Positions 41,964 to 53,556 of a stretch of DNA of 64,000 bases are shown piece after piece; positions within the stretch are counted from its first letter, which is position 1; every line of letters starts with the position of its first letter. This stretch comes from an uncultured delta proteobacterium (lineage in GTDB: Bacteria; Desulfobacterota; Zymogenia; Zymogenales; Zymogenaceae): assembly GCA_963735595.1 (NCBI GenBank), contig CAVTLK010000001.1, forward strand, positions 256,001 through 320,000. The letters are read 5' to 3'. Under the pieces are notes generated by a model. That model was not told the origin of the DNA, did not search any database, and saw only the letters and a list, made by a program, of their open reading frames with translations. A program made the translations under genes and the position numbers.

Positions 41964-44600
41964 ATGGACGTGGAAGACCTGACACCCGCTCTGCGGCAAT
42001 ATCTTCAAATCAAAGAGCAGTATCCGGATTGCATTCTTTTTTTCCGAATGGGCGATTTCTACGAGATGTTCTTAGATGACGCCCGCACGGCTTCCCCTAT
42101 CCTTGAGGTAGTCCTTACTACCCGCGATAGAAATAAAGAAAACCCGATTCCCATGTGCGGGATTCCCTACCATGCGGCAGATGTCTACATAGCAAAGCTA
42201 TTGAAGAAAGGCTTTAAGGTCGCTATTTGTGAGCAGATGGAAGACCCATCGCAAACAAAAGGCCTCATCAGACGGGAGGTCGTGAGGGTCGTGACACCGG
42301 GGCTCGTCTCGGACGTAAGCCAGCTTTCAGAGAAAGAACCGCACTACATAACGGCCGTTGTCATGGTGGACGGGGTGTGGGGCGCGGCATTTCTCGATTT
42401 TTCGACCGGTCTGTTCAAGGTAACGGAGCTTCCCAGCGTCACCGGGATCGTTGATGAGATATACGCGGCCGAGCCAAAAGAAGCGGTTCTCCCTGATAAC
42501 GGGGGGAGAGACGTATACAACGAGCAACTACGTACGGCGTTTGGAGATGCACTCATCAACTGGGTAGATCCACGTATCTTTGAGCCCGAAGCCGCCCGAA
42601 GGGCCGTATCCGAAATCCTCGGCCTTGCCCAGATAGATGGTCTCGGCCTCGGTGACAAGCGCGCCGCAACAACTGCTGTCGGGGCATTATTGCGTTATGT
42701 AAGTGACTACCAGAAAGACGAGATCTCTCATCTCTCGTCTCCCCGTCTCTATGTTCCCGCTCAATCCATGATTATCGATGAGGTGACAAAGCGCAACCTT
42801 GAATTGACTAAAACCATCTACGAAGGGGGACGGCGAGGATCACTCCTGTCTTTCCTCGATCGAACCGTAACCCCCATGGGGGGGAGGCTGATCAGGGAAT
42901 GGATTAACTATCCGATGATAGATGCCGACCGGATACGGACGCGCCATGACGCAGTGGCGGAATTGTACGAGAAATACGACTCATGCCGGCGTATAAGGGA
43001 AATTCTGAAGGCCGTTATTGACCTTGAGCGGCTTACTGCGCGGATATCGGTAAAATCGGCCGGTGCGCGCGATCTGGTGGCCCTTTCCGATTCTCTCAAG
43101 ATACCCCCGGACATTACTAGAATACTAAAGGACTTTAGCAGCGAAGATATCATAAGCATCGGGTCCGGTTTTGATGATTTCTCAGACTTGACGGAAAAAA
43201 TCGATACGACCATCGTTGATTCTCCCGGTCCGTCCGTTCGGGAGACGGGATTCATCCGGGACGGCGTAGATAAAGACCTCGATGAGCTGAGGGCGCTGTC
43301 GCGTTCCGGAAAGAATTGGATAGTCGAGCTTGAAAGCCGCGAACGGCGGCGCACGGGTATCGGCACGCTCAAAGTCAGGTTTAACAGGATTTTCGGATAC
43401 TATATTGAAGTGACGAATTCATATCTTGCGATGGTGCCGGCCGATTACATCCGAAAGCAGACTCTGGTGGGAGCCGAGCGGTACATCACCCCCGAACTCA
43501 AGGAGTATGAGGCAAAGGTTCTCGGGGCGGAAGATAGAATGAAGGTGATTGAAAATGCCGTCTTTTCGGCCCTTCGTGACGAGGTTAAGGGGTGGATTGC
43601 GCTGATCAAGAAGGCCTCAGGTCTTCTTGCGACCGCAGATGTCCTGACGAACCTTGCGTTAGTGGCCCGCGAATACGGATACACGCGACCGGTGATTACC
43701 GAGGAATCTTCAATCAAGATAGTACAGGGCAGGCACCCGATGGTAGAGCGATCGATGTCAGCGGGTTCGTTTGTCCCGAACGATATCGAGGTTGACAGAA
43801 AAGGACAGCAGATTCTCATAATAACCGGACCGAATATGGCCGGTAAGTCAACTATCATTCGTCAGGCGGCAATCATCGTCCTCATGGCCCAGATGGGGAG
43901 CTTTGTTCCTGCTAAAGATGCCGTAATAGGAATAGTAGATCGCATCTTTGCCAGGGTTGGAGCCTCCGATTGGCTGATAAAAGGACAATCCACCTTTATG
44001 GTGGAGATGGTAGAGACGGCAAATATTCTCAATAACGCCACTGACAGATCACTGGTGATTCTGGATGAGATCGGAAGAGGGACAAGCACGTTTGACGGAA
44101 TCTCCATCGCCTGGGCCGTTGCCGAATTCATACACGACGGTCCGCGGGGAAAGCCCCTGACCCTTTTTGCGACACACTATCATGAGTTGACGGAACTTTC
44201 AACGCTCAAGGAGCGGGTTAAGAACTATCATGTAGCGGTTCGTGAGTGGAACGGCCGGATTATATTTATAAGGAAGCTGGAAGAGGGTATCTCAAGCCAT
44301 AGCTACGGGATCGAGGTAGCTAGAATCGCAGGGATCCCTGCGGAAGTGCTGACAAGGGCCCGGGAAATCCTCGGTAATCTCGAAAAGGGAGAGTTTACCT
44401 CACAGGGTGTTCCCGCGCTTGCCGAAAGTGAAGGTGTAAAACCGAAAAAGGCCAAGCAGCAGTTCGATCTTTTCGCCGGACACAGAGACGAGATCATAGC
44501 GGAAATCGGATCATTGGACATCGAAACAATGACGCCTCTGGATGCAATGAGGAAGCTCGATGAGCTGAAAGAAAAAGTAAAAAAAATCACGCCCGTTTGA
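41964..44600 (+). CDS. mutS: DNA mismatch repair protein MutS
   Basis: FFRMGDFYEMF, TGPNMAGKST, STFMVEM, DEIGRGTST, SYGIEVA. Confidence 0.98.
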   Translation: MDVEDLTPALRQYLQIKEQYPDCILFFRMGDFYEMFLDDARTASPILEVVLTTRDRNKENPIPMCGIPYHAADVYIAKLLKKGFKVAICEQMEDPSQTKGLIRREVVRVVTPGLVSDVSQLSEKEPHYITAVVMVDGVWGAAFLDFSTGLFKVTELPSVTGIVDEIYAAEPKEAVLPDNGGRDVYNEQLRTAFGDALINWVDPRIFEPEAARRAVSEILGLAQIDGLGLGDKRAATTAVGALLRYVSDYQKDEISHLSSPRLYVPAQSMIIDEVTKRNLELTKTIYEGGRRGSLLSFLDRTVTPMGGRLIREWINYPMIDADRIRTRHDAVAELYEKYDSCRRIREILKAVIDLERLTARISVKSAGARDLVALSDSLKIPPDITRILKDFSSEDIISIGSGFDDFSDLTEKIDTTIVDSPGPSVRETGFIRDGVDKDLDELRALSRSGKNWIVELESRERRRTGIGTLKVRFNRIFGYYIEVTNSYLAMVPADYIRKQTLVGAERYITPELKEYEAKVLGAEDRMKVIENAVFSALRDEVKGWIALIKKASGLLATADVLTNLALVAREYGYTRPVITEESSIKIVQGRHPMVERSMSAGSFVPNDIEVDRKGQQILIITGPNMAGKSTIIRQAAIIVLMAQMGSFVPAKDAVIGIVDRIFARVGASDWLIKGQSTFMVEMVETANILNNATDRSLVILDEIGRGTSTFDGISIAWAVAEFIHDGPRGKPLTLFATHYHELTELSTLKERVKNYHVAVREWNGRIIFIRKLEEGISSHSYGIEVARIAGIPAEVLTRAREILGNLEKGEFTSQGVPALAESEGVKPKKAKQQFDLFAGHRDEIIAEIGSLDIETMTPLDAMRKLDELKEKVKKITPV

Positions 44601-44730
44601 ATATTTTGCTTGAAAAAGCCGAAACCCTGTGCGATAGTACTGACGAAAATAGTCCTGATAAACTGGGGGATATCGGTTGTTTTTTATTTCGTATGTTTGG
44701 GCGTTTCATTTCTAATCGAAGAGACAATCC

Positions 44731-45042
44731 ATGAAAGATGAGCTTAAAAAAATGCTCGAGTATGAGGCGAAGGCCCGGGAAATCCTCGATGATTCGATGA
44801 GAAAAGCCGATAAAATCCGCGGTGATTCACAGCGTCAGGCCGAGGAACTCCTGAAATCGGAGCGGTTTAAAGCCGAGGATGAAGCGCAGCGAAACAGAGA
44901 AAATACGATACGTGATGGACACGAGGAAGCCGAAAAGATGAAGGCGCGCACGATAAAGGGCGTCCAGGAACAGGAGGCACGCGCCAAGAAAAGAATGGAA
45001 CGCGCGGCATCGGTAATCCTCAAGGAAGTTTTCAACTTATAG
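44731..45042 (+). CDS. V/A-type ATP synthase peripheral-stalk subunit H/G (operon 2)
   Basis: Short E/K/A-rich coiled coil heading the ATPase operon. Confidence 0.7.
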   Translation: MKDELKKMLEYEAKAREILDDSMRKADKIRGDSQRQAEELLKSERFKAEDEAQRNRENTIRDGHEEAEKMKARTIKGVQEQEARAKKRMERAASVILKEVFNL

Positions 45043-45076
45043 CCGGGCTTCTTTCGTTACCAAGAGTGGTTGATGT

Positions 45077-46117
45077 ATGTTTCTTGATGTAATGAAATAC
45101 TCGTTTATAAACGCCAAGATCAGGGCGATGAAGAGCCGTTTGCTCAAGGACTCCGTGTATCAGCAGCTCCTTGAAACCACGCATCTTGATGCGTTCGTAA
45201 AAGTCCTCGCGGAAACGGAATACTCGTCGGAAATAGCCGTGGTTGATACAAAGACCCCGGATATATCCGAGGTGATATCCGCCCTCGACGAGCACCTGAT
45301 AAAGTGTTACCGGACAATCCTTCAATTCTTTAAGGTTAAAACCGAGAACGACTTCATCCGGGTTATACTTTCCCGGTTAGAGATCGAAAACCTTAAAATC
45401 GTCATACGGGGAAAGTTCAAGGGAATCACGTCGGTCATGATTTCAGATAATATCATCCCGACTAACGGTGTTTCAAACCTCAATTTTGAAGAACTCATCA
45501 ACAGCCGGGACGTGGAGCATTTCGTATCATTGTTGGCAAAGACACGCTACGAACGCCCCCTCAAAGAGGCGCTCCCCTTTTTCGAGAGAGACCGTAGAAC
45601 GGCCGTTCTTGAGCGCCCGTTAGACTCGCTCTACTATATCGATCTGACCAGGGCGATAAAGACTCTCTCCGATGTTGACGAACATATAATGAAGGCGTAT
45701 ATCGGAACGTTCTGCGATATCAATAACATTATGCTGATTCTGCGGAGCCGGATCTTCTTTGATATGCCTTCGGATGAAACAATGGCCATGTACATCCCGT
45801 ACGGATATCGATTGTCGAAGAGCGAAGGGGTTCAGCTTTCAAAGACGACGGAAGATGACTATCGGGAGGTATTTGGGAAGACCCACTATGGGAAGAGATT
45901 GACGAATTTCAAATCGCTCACCGATCTTGAGATGGGTCTATATAATATCCTGACGTATCAAACCAGAAAGATGCTGATGGGTTATCCCTTCCATATAGGT
46001 ACGGTAGCCGGCTTTTTGGCTTTCAAGGAAATCGAAGTGGGCAATCTAAAGAGTATCGCCGAGGGAAAACGTCATGCCCTTTCGGAGGGAGAAATCCGAG
46101 AGAGTTTGCTCGTATAG
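45077..46117 (+). CDS. ntpC: V/A-type ATP synthase subunit C (operon 2)
   Basis: YSFINAKIRAMKSRLL, EIENLK, KEIEVGNLKSIAEG. Confidence 0.9.
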   Translation: MFLDVMKYSFINAKIRAMKSRLLKDSVYQQLLETTHLDAFVKVLAETEYSSEIAVVDTKTPDISEVISALDEHLIKCYRTILQFFKVKTENDFIRVILSRLEIENLKIVIRGKFKGITSVMISDNIIPTNGVSNLNFEELINSRDVEHFVSLLAKTRYERPLKEALPFFERDRRTAVLERPLDSLYYIDLTRAIKTLSDVDEHIMKAYIGTFCDINNIMLILRSRIFFDMPSDETMAMYIPYGYRLSKSEGVQLSKTTEDDYREVFGKTHYGKRLTNFKSLTDLEMGLYNILTYQTRKMLMGYPFHIGTVAGFLAFKEIEVGNLKSIAEGKRHALSEGEIRESLLV

Positions 46118-46276
46118 CACATAGATACCGTCCTATCGTTCGAGCTTGATCAACCGGTACCGCGAATACGCGATATTTCTGAAGCTCGCGCGAGTGGATA
46201 TCGCCGATATCGTAACGCCAGGCTGTAACACGATCGGAACCGAAAGCAGGGTTTTCTGTTTCAATGAGGTTTGAGC

Positions 46277-48290
46277 ATGTTTCGCCCAGTTCCAATGCTT
46301 CGCGCCAATATCCTGATCCTCGATAGAGATCTGGCATCGGTTATCAAAGAAATCGGAAGCCTTGGCATTATGCACCTGGTCGACCATGCAAGCGTTCCCG
46401 GTCTCGCCGACATGGGATGGACGCCCGGTCAGGAGCTCGAGATTCTATCCCGCTATCAATCCTCCAAGAGACAATTAGACGAGATATTCACGCAGACCGA
46501 GATTGCAAAAGAAACCAAATATACCCACGCAAAATATGATGTAAACCCGCTGAAAGACATCGACGATCTTGAAACAAGAATCGGTGATCTCTATGCGCAG
46601 ATACGGGCTATAAACGAGCAGATCTTTACGCTTCGCGATAAGCTCGCCTTCGAGGAGGATAACCTCAGGAGGGCCAAGAACATCGCGGTAATGAATGCGG
46701 ACGTCGCCTTCATGAGATCGCTTGAAAATATGCGCATGATCGTCGGATACGTTCCGGTAAAACAACTACCGTTCCTCAAAGAAGCGGTCACCACCAAATT
46801 CACCGTCCATATTCCCCTCGAGCAGCGAGCCGACCGCCAGAAGGCCGTTTTCTTCTGCCTTCCGGGTGATTCCGAACAGCTCGAAAACCAACTGAAGACG
46901 TTAGGATTTGACCCGATTCCTCTCCCCGAGGACTGCTCCGGGATACCCGAGGAAGCAATCAAGGAATTGGAAGGAAAGATCGAGGAAATCAACGTTTCGA
47001 TCGCGGAGAGCGAGAATAGGCTGCGAGGGTTCGGTTGGACCTATCGAGGCGAGCTGCTGAGAATCCGTGATCACCTGACGACTAATCTTGACATCTTAAA
47101 ATCGGTTAAATCGATGGGGCTGTCGGAGCATACTGCCCTCATTACGGGGTGGATTCCTAAGGACAGTCTGGAAAAGCTCGCCGCGGCCTTCGAGGACGAC
47201 GCTTGGTAAAAACTTTGTCTTAAATGCCCAGACCCCGGAGAGTATTCCTGAGGTGAAGGCAAATAAGGTTAAGGTTCCGGTGATCTATGATAACCCGGGG
47301 TTCCTCAAACCGTTTGAAAGCCTGGTAACCACGTACGGTTCACCCGATTATAACGAGATCGATCCCTCCGGAATAATCGGCCTCGCATTTCTTTTGATGT
47401 TCGGGGTCATGTTCGGAGATATAGGGCACGGCCTGGTCCTATTCCTGGTCGGGCGATTACTCCAGAAACGTCTGAAGTCTGCCGAGGTCCTCGGGAAGAT
47501 CATGACCAGGGCGGGTGGATCGTCGATGATCTTCGGTATTATCTTCGGCAGCCTCTTCGGACACGAGTTTCACGGACGATACCTGCCGGGTTTGCCGCTC
47601 CCGTTTGTACCGATGGAAAATATCAATACCTTTATGGCGGTGGCGGTAGCCTTCGGTATTCTCTTTATCAGCATCGGATTGGTAATCAACATCATCAATT
47701 CAATCCGATCGCGTGATATTGAAAAGGGATTTCTGGAGAACCACGGGCTGGCCGGGGCGCTCTTTTACTGGGGGGCGGTAGCACTTCTGGTCAAATACAT
47801 CGTCTCGGGAACCCTCGGTATACCTCTGTGGAGCATGCTTTTGATTCTCGGGATACCCCTGGTGGTTATTTTCCTGAAAGAGCCTTTGAACCATCTGATA
47901 AAAAAGAAACGCCCGATCGTCGAGGAGCCTATAACGTACATCATCAGTTCATTAATCGAGGTGATGGAGACATTTATCGGGTTCCTCTCTAACACCGTGT
48001 CATTCATCAGGGTGGCCGCCTTTTCATTGGCGCACGCCGCGCTCTTCGCGGCCATCTTTGCCATCGTCAAGATAGTTAAAGGCGCGGCGCCCGAGCCTAC
48101 GACGTCAAGCATTCTGATATCGTTGGGGGTAGAGGTTGTTGGAAATATCGTTATTATCATATTGGAAGGCCTGGTAGTATCGATCCAGTCGGTAAGGTTG
48201 ATATTCTACGAATTCTTCAGCAAGTTCTATGCGGGAGAAGGCGAGGCGTTCATCCCCATGAAGATAGGCTATTCTTCCGAAGAAGAATAA
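46277..48290 (+). CDS. ntpI: V/A-type ATP synthase subunit I (a), frameshift ~47190
   Basis: ITGWIP; PFESLV..YG.P.Y.EIDP, MFGDIGHG, SNTVSFIRV (essential Arg), RLIFYEFFSKFY. Confidence 0.92.
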
Positions 48291-48336
48291 AAAAGGTACG
48301 ATAAAAAGTAAGACCACGAAGAAGAGGAGTTGTCTT

Positions 48337-48750
48337 ATGAAGCTAAAAGAGATGATAATCGGTCTCCTGGTTCTGAACGTAGTGATCGCGCTGTCGATTG
48401 GGATGTTTATCTTTTTCGCACCGACCTCAAGTTACGGATTCCAAACGGAAGCGGTAACGCCTCCGGCGACTGAAACGACCCCCGCGCCCGCTACAGAGAC
48501 GGCGCCCGTCCCCGATACAGGCGGATCTTCCTCGGAGAGAGGCTGGGGCTATATAGCGGCTGCCCTCTCGACGGGTATCGCGGCCCTTGGCGCCGGTGTC
48601 GCCGTTAGCGGCGTCGGTTCGGCAGCCATGGGGGCCATCAGCGAACGGCCGGAACTGCTCGGCAGGTCCCTTATCTTCGTAGGTCTCGCCGAAGGTATTG
48701 CCATCTACGGTCTGATCATATCCATTATGATTCTTGGAAGACTCGGCTGA
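48337..48750 (+). CDS. ntpK: V/A-type ATP synthase proteolipid subunit K (c)
   Basis: GAGVAVSGVGSAAMGAISERP...GLAEGIAIYG (ion-binding Glu); N-terminal hydrophobic segment plus T/P/A linker. Confidence 0.92.
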   Translation: MKLKEMIIGLLVLNVVIALSIGMFIFFAPTSSYGFQTEAVTPPATETTPAPATETAPVPDTGGSSSERGWGYIAAALSTGIAALGAGVAVSGVGSAAMGAISERPELLGRSLIFVGLAEGIAIYGLIISIMILGRLG

Positions 48751-48767
48751 TTTAAGAGAACAAGAGT

Positions 48768-49073
48768 ATGGAATTTTACGTAATTGGTGACCCGGATACC
48801 GTCTTAGGCTTTTCCCTGGCGGGGATAGAAGGAAGAGACGTCAAGGATTCCCGAGAAGCTCTGGCGGCTCTCAAGGAGACGCTCGGTTATCAGGATATCG
48901 GAATACTCCTCATTACCGAGCGGCTTGCGCATGAGCTGCGGGCGGAAATCGATTCGGTCATGATTTCGCGTAGGTATCCCCTGATCGTCGAGATCCCGGA
49001 TATCGAGGGGCCCCTCGAGGGAAAGGCTACAATATCGGACCTGGTAAAAAGTGCAATCGGTATCAAGATATGA
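48768..49073 (+). CDS. ntpF: V/A-type ATP synthase subunit F (operon 2)
   Basis: VIGDPDTVLGFSLAGI, ITERLA, VEIPD. Confidence 0.92.
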   Translation: MEFYVIGDPDTVLGFSLAGIEGRDVKDSREALAALKETLGYQDIGILLITERLAHELRAEIDSVMISRRYPLIVEIPDIEGPLEGKATISDLVKSAIGIKI

Positions 49074-49101
49074 CTCCTAAAACCGGGACGGAAGGTTGGC
49101 T

Positions 49102-49719
49102 ATGGCAGCGTTAGAATCAGTAGAAAGTTTGGGAACGATCGTTATCAACGAGTCACGCGATAAGGCCGAGTGGAACGTCAAGAGCGCGCAAGAGACATCC
49201 AAGAAGATCCTCGATGAAGCCGGCCAAAAGGCGACAGAGAACTACGAACGGATCGTCCTGCAGGGGAAGCAATCGGGAGAAAAGGAGCGACAAAAGATCC
49301 TTTCTACGATTGAAATGGAAATGAAGAAGCTCGTTCTCAACAGCAGAGAGACTCTTATTGAACAGGCCTTTACGCTGGCATGGAAGAAGTTCGAGGAATT
49401 CAAGAAAACGAAAGAATACCGGGATAACCTCATAAAACAGGTTATCCTGTCGGTCCGAGAGCTCGGGGGAAAGAGCTTCCTCGTGGATGTGCATAAAGGC
49501 GATTCCTTTAAGATCGGGGCGGAAGCCCTAAAACAGATCGAGAAGGAGACAAATAAGAAAGGCCTTGCCATTGAGGTACGGGAAGTCGAGAGGGACCTCG
49601 GCGGTGTCATTGTCCACGAAAAGGATGGAAAGATATCCGTTGATAATACCTTTGCCAGTATCCTTGAACGGAAGAAAAACGAAACGCGGGTAAAAGTATC
49701 CGAAATCCTCTTCGAATAA
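49102..49719 (+). CDS. ntpE: V/A-type ATP synthase subunit E
   Basis: Coiled coil plus C-terminal GGVIV...DGKISVDNTF. Confidence 0.88.
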   Translation: MAALESVESLGTIVINESRDKAEWNVKSAQETSKKILDEAGQKATENYERIVLQGKQSGEKERQKILSTIEMEMKKLVLNSRETLIEQAFTLAWKKFEEFKKTKEYRDNLIKQVILSVRELGGKSFLVDVHKGDSFKIGAEALKQIEKETNKKGLAIEVREVERDLGGVIVHEKDGKISVDNTFASILERKKNETRVKVSEILFE

Positions 49720-49725
49720 GGAGAT

Positions 49726-51486
49726 ATGATGGAAGTTAGAGTCGGGTATGTAATTTGGATCAGCGGTCCGGTTATTAAGGCCCGGATTGACAAGGAACTG
49801 GGCATGATGGAGATGGTCATGGTCGGGCAGGACAGGATATCCGGCGAAGTCATCGAGCTTGACGGTACTACCGCAACCATCCAGGTATATGAAGAGACCA
49901 CCGGCCTCAAACCGGGGGCCGAGGTTCTCGGGACGGGTTTCCCGCTGTCGGTTGAACTGGGTCCCGGTCTTATCAGCAATATATACGACGGCGTTCAACG
50001 GCCCCTTGAGACGATCCTGAAGTCTACCGGTGATTTCATTCAGCGGGGGGTACAGGCAAACGCCCTGTCTCGCGATATCAAGTGGAAATTCACTCCGCAG
50101 ATATCGGTCGGCCAGATGCTCACGGGCGGTGCCGTCCTCGGGACGGTACCCGAAAGCTTCATGATTACCCATAAGGTCATTCTCCATCCCCACCTTTCAG
50201 GAAAGGTTAAATCGGTCGTTCCTGAGGGGGAGTATACGTTGGAGGACGTAATCTGCGAGTTGGAAACCCCCAAAGGCGTCGAGCAGGTCAAGATGTATCA
50301 CCGATGGCCGGTACGGCACGGCAGGCCCTATGGTAAGCGGCTTGCGCCGTCGGTGCCTCTTGTCACCGGTCAGCGGATCATCGACACCTTCTTTCCGATT
50401 GCCAAGGGCGGGACGGCCGCTATACCGGGGGGGTTTGGCACCGGAAAGACCGTTACGCAGCACAACCTGGCCAAATGGTCAGACGCGGATATCATCGTAT
50501 ATATCGGATGTGGCGAACGCGGCAACGAGATGACCGGAGTTCTCGTCGATTTCCCGAAACTACAGGACCCGCGCAGCGGGAAGCCGCTGATGGAGCGGAC
50601 GATCCTGATCGCCAATACCTCCAACATGCCGGTCGCGGCGCGGGAGGCGTCCATTTATACCGGTATCACGCTTGCCGAGTACTACCGCGACATGGGTTAC
50701 GACGTCGCGATCATGGCCGATTCGACTTCCCGGTGGGCGGAGGCTCTCCGTGAGATTTCGGGCCGCCTGGAAGAGATGCCCGCCGAAGAAGGGTTCCCCG
50801 CCTACCTGGCAACCCGGCTTGCCGAGTTTTACGAGCGATCCGGACGCGTGGAGACATTGGCCGGGCCGATTGGATCGGTAAGTGCAATCGGCGCGGTATC
50901 CCCGCCGGGAGGCGACTTCTCCGAACCGGTAACGCAGCATACGAAGCGGTTCGTACGTTGTTTCTGGGGACTTGATAAAGAGCTGGCGTCAGCCCGGTTC
51001 TTCCCCGCGATCAACTACATGGACAGCTACAGTGAATACCTCGATGAGGTGGAGGGCTGGTGGCGGGAGAACGGCGACCGGGACTGGAAGGTGATGAGAG
51101 GCGAGGCTATGGACATCCTCCGGCTGGACAACAAGCTCCAGCAAATTGTCCGCCTTGTCGGCGAGGATGCCCTGCCTGACGAGCAAAAACTGGTTGTCGA
51201 CGGGGCCAAACTCATTAAGAACGCCTTCCTGCAGCAGAGCGCCTTCGATAGTATCGACATGTACTGCATGCCGAAAAAGCAGATTAAGATGCTCATCCTT
51301 ATTATGCAGTTCTACCATCGGGCATCGATCGTCATTAACCAGGGTGTACCCATTTATAAGATTCGGGAAATGCCTGTACTTAACGAACTCAACCGAATGA
51401 AGAATAAAATTGAGAATACGAAAATCGAGGAATTTGAGGAACTGGCAAAGAGAATTGACGAGGAGCTGAACACTCTCGTAGAATAA
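49726..51486 (+). CDS. ntpA: V/A-type ATP synthase subunit A (operon 2)
   Basis: GGFGTGKT P-loop, [17 protein letters not shown]. Confidence 0.98.
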   Translation: MMEVRVGYVIWISGPVIKARIDKELGMMEMVMVGQDRISGEVIELDGTTATIQVYEETTGLKPGAEVLGTGFPLSVELGPGLISNIYDGVQRPLETILKSTGDFIQRGVQANALSRDIKWKFTPQISVGQMLTGGAVLGTVPESFMITHKVILHPHLSGKVKSVVPEGEYTLEDVICELETPKGVEQVKMYHRWPVRHGRPYGKRLAPSVPLVTGQRIIDTFFPIAKGGTAAIPGGFGTGKTVTQHNLAKWSDADIIVYIGCGERGNEMTGVLVDFPKLQDPRSGKPLMERTILIANTSNMPVAAREASIYTGITLAEYYRDMGYDVAIMADSTSRWAEALREISGRLEEMPAEEGFPAYLATRLAEFYERSGRVETLAGPIGSVSAIGAVSPPGGDFSEPVTQHTKRFVRCFWGLDKELASARFFPAINYMDSYSEYLDEVEGWWRENGDRDWKVMRGEAMDILRLDNKLQQIVRLVGEDALPDEQKLVVDGAKLIKNAFLQQSAFDSIDMYCMPKKQIKMLILIMQFYHRASIVINQGVPIYKIREMPVLNELNRMKNKIENTKIEEFEELAKRIDEELNTLVE

Positions 51487-51501
51487 AAAGGAGCGGACGG
51501 T

Positions 51502-52890
51502 ATGGCGGTCTTAAAAGAGTATGAAGGCCTTCAGAAGATAAAGGGTCCCTTGATCTTTATTGAAGGGGTCAAGGACGTTGGCTATGAGGAGATGGTGGAA
51601 ATTACCGCTCCGAACGGATCGACTTTGCACGGCCGGGTCCTTGAGCTTGGCAGCGATATCGCGGTCGTTGAGGTGTTCGAGGGCACCAGCGGCCTTTCGG
51701 TTATGAGCACGAAAGTCAGGTTCCTTGGCGAACCGCTGCGCCTGCCCGTGACACTGGACATGATGGGCCGCGTCTTTAACGGGCTGGGCCATCCAATCGA
51801 CGGCGGTGCCGAACCGATTACAGACGTACATCGTGACATCAACGGCGCACCGATCAACCCGATCATCAGGGAGTACCCGAAAGACTTTATCCAAACGGGC
51901 ATCTCCACTATCGATATGATGAACACGCTCGTCCGGGGACAGAAACTCCCGATATTCTCCGGGTCGGGCCTCCCGCACAACCAGCTTGCGGCGCAGATCG
52001 TTCGTCAGGCCAAGATTATCGGTGAGGAAGAGCAGTTTGCCGTCGTGTTCGCCGCCGTCGGCGTCAAGCACGACGTGGCGGAGGTCTTCAGAAAGAGCTT
52101 TGAGGAAAGCGGTGCGCTTAAGAACGTCGTCATGTTCCTCAACCTCGCAGACGACCCTTCCATTGAGCGCCTCGTTACGCCCCGGTGCGCCCTGACAATG
52201 GCCGAGTACATGGCCTTCGATAAAGACATGCACGTACTGGTCGTCATAACCGACATGACCAACTACTGCGAGAGCCTTCGGGAGATATCGACGTCAAAGG
52301 GCGAGGTTCCCAGCCGTAAAGGGTATCCCGGCTATCTTTATTCGGACCTCTCGTCTATCTTTGAGCGCGCCGGCAAGATAAAGGGAAGAAAGGGGTCCAT
52401 CACGCAGATTCCGATTCTGACCATGCCCAACGACGACATCACGCACCCGATTCCCGACCTTACCGGTTACATCACCGAAGGTCAGATCGTTCTGTCGCGC
52501 GACCTCGATAAGAAGGGCATCTATCCGCCCGTCAACGTGCTCCCATCCCTGTCGCGCCTCATGAACGACGGTATCGGCGCCGGCAAGACCCGCGAAGATC
52601 ACATGAACCTCTCGAGCCAGCTGTACGCGGGCTATTCCACCACCAAGACGGTCGAGATGCTCGCCTCGGTCATCGGCGAAGAGGAGCTTTCGGCTATCGA
52701 CAAGAAGTACCTCGAGTTCGGAGAGAAATTCGAGCGTCGATTCATCACTCAGGGTATCGATGAGGACCGTACGATTTTCTCGAGCCTCGATCTCGGGTGG
52801 GAGCTCCTCTCGATACTGCCTCGCGGCGAGCTTGTCAGGGTAAAGGAAGAGCAAATCGACAAGTACCTCCCCAAGACGATCAGCGAGTAG
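51502..52890 (+). CDS. ntpB: V/A-type ATP synthase subunit B (operon 2)
   Basis: [45 protein letters not shown]. Confidence 0.98.
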   Translation: MAVLKEYEGLQKIKGPLIFIEGVKDVGYEEMVEITAPNGSTLHGRVLELGSDIAVVEVFEGTSGLSVMSTKVRFLGEPLRLPVTLDMMGRVFNGLGHPIDGGAEPITDVHRDINGAPINPIIREYPKDFIQTGISTIDMMNTLVRGQKLPIFSGSGLPHNQLAAQIVRQAKIIGEEEQFAVVFAAVGVKHDVAEVFRKSFEESGALKNVVMFLNLADDPSIERLVTPRCALTMAEYMAFDKDMHVLVVITDMTNYCESLREISTSKGEVPSRKGYPGYLYSDLSSIFERAGKIKGRKGSITQIPILTMPNDDITHPIPDLTGYITEGQIVLSRDLDKKGIYPPVNVLPSLSRLMNDGIGAGKTREDHMNLSSQLYAGYSTTKTVEMLASVIGEEELSAIDKKYLEFGEKFERRFITQGIDEDRTIFSSLDLGWELLSILPRGELVRVKEEQIDKYLPKTISE

Positions 52891-52893
52891 ACA

Positions 52894-53544
52894 ATGGCAA
52901 ACAAGCTCAATGTTCCACCGACTAAAAGTAATCTCATCAAGATCAAGGGGCAGCTTGCGTTCGCAAAGGACGGGTATCAGCTCCTCGATCAGAAACGCGA
53001 GATCCTCGTCATGGAAGTCATGCACATGATCGAGGACGTGCGGCGGGCCCGCAAGAACGCCGAAGAGGTCCTCAACCGTGCGTATGCAGCCCTGATGAAG
53101 GCAAATATGCGCATGGGCGTAAAGAAGGTCAAGTCGGTGTCGCTGGCCGTTATCCCTGACATTTCGATAAAGATCACCGACCGGAGTATCATGGGCGTCG
53201 TCATCCCGATCATCGATATAACGACCCGGGAGTTGAAACCGGCCTACGCACCGGGCGGCACCTATGCGATAGTGGACGAGGCAAACACCCTGTTCCACTC
53301 CGCGTTGAAGAAGCTTGCGGAACTCGCCGAGGTGGAGGTGGCGGTATGGCGTCTCGCGATGGAACTGAAGAAGACACAGCGTCGCGTCAACGCCCTTGAG
53401 AATATATTTATTCCCCAGTATACCGAGACGATGAAGTTCCTCGATGACAGCCTTGCCGAAAAGGAGCGCGAGGCGTTCTTCCAGATGAAGAGAGTTAAGG
53501 CTAAACTTCAGAAAGTAAAAGATGAGCTCATGTTAAGGAGCTAA
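52894..53544 (+). CDS. ntpD: V/A-type ATP synthase subunit D (operon 2)
   Basis: PTKSNLI...GYQLLDQKREIL, KTQRRVNALE. Confidence 0.95.
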   Translation: MANKLNVPPTKSNLIKIKGQLAFAKDGYQLLDQKREILVMEVMHMIEDVRRARKNAEEVLNRAYAALMKANMRMGVKKVKSVSLAVIPDISIKITDRSIMGVVIPIIDITTRELKPAYAPGGTYAIVDEANTLFHSALKKLAELAEVEVAVWRLAMELKKTQRRVNALENIFIPQYTETMKFLDDSLAEKEREAFFQMKRVKAKLQKVKDELMLRS

Positions 53545-53556
53545 AGAGGTATCACC

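Noticed and set aside
46118..46276. 159-bp palindrome-rich spacer between ntpC and ntpI
   Set aside because: Only short self-complementary words; no convincing ORF, terminator or RNA family.
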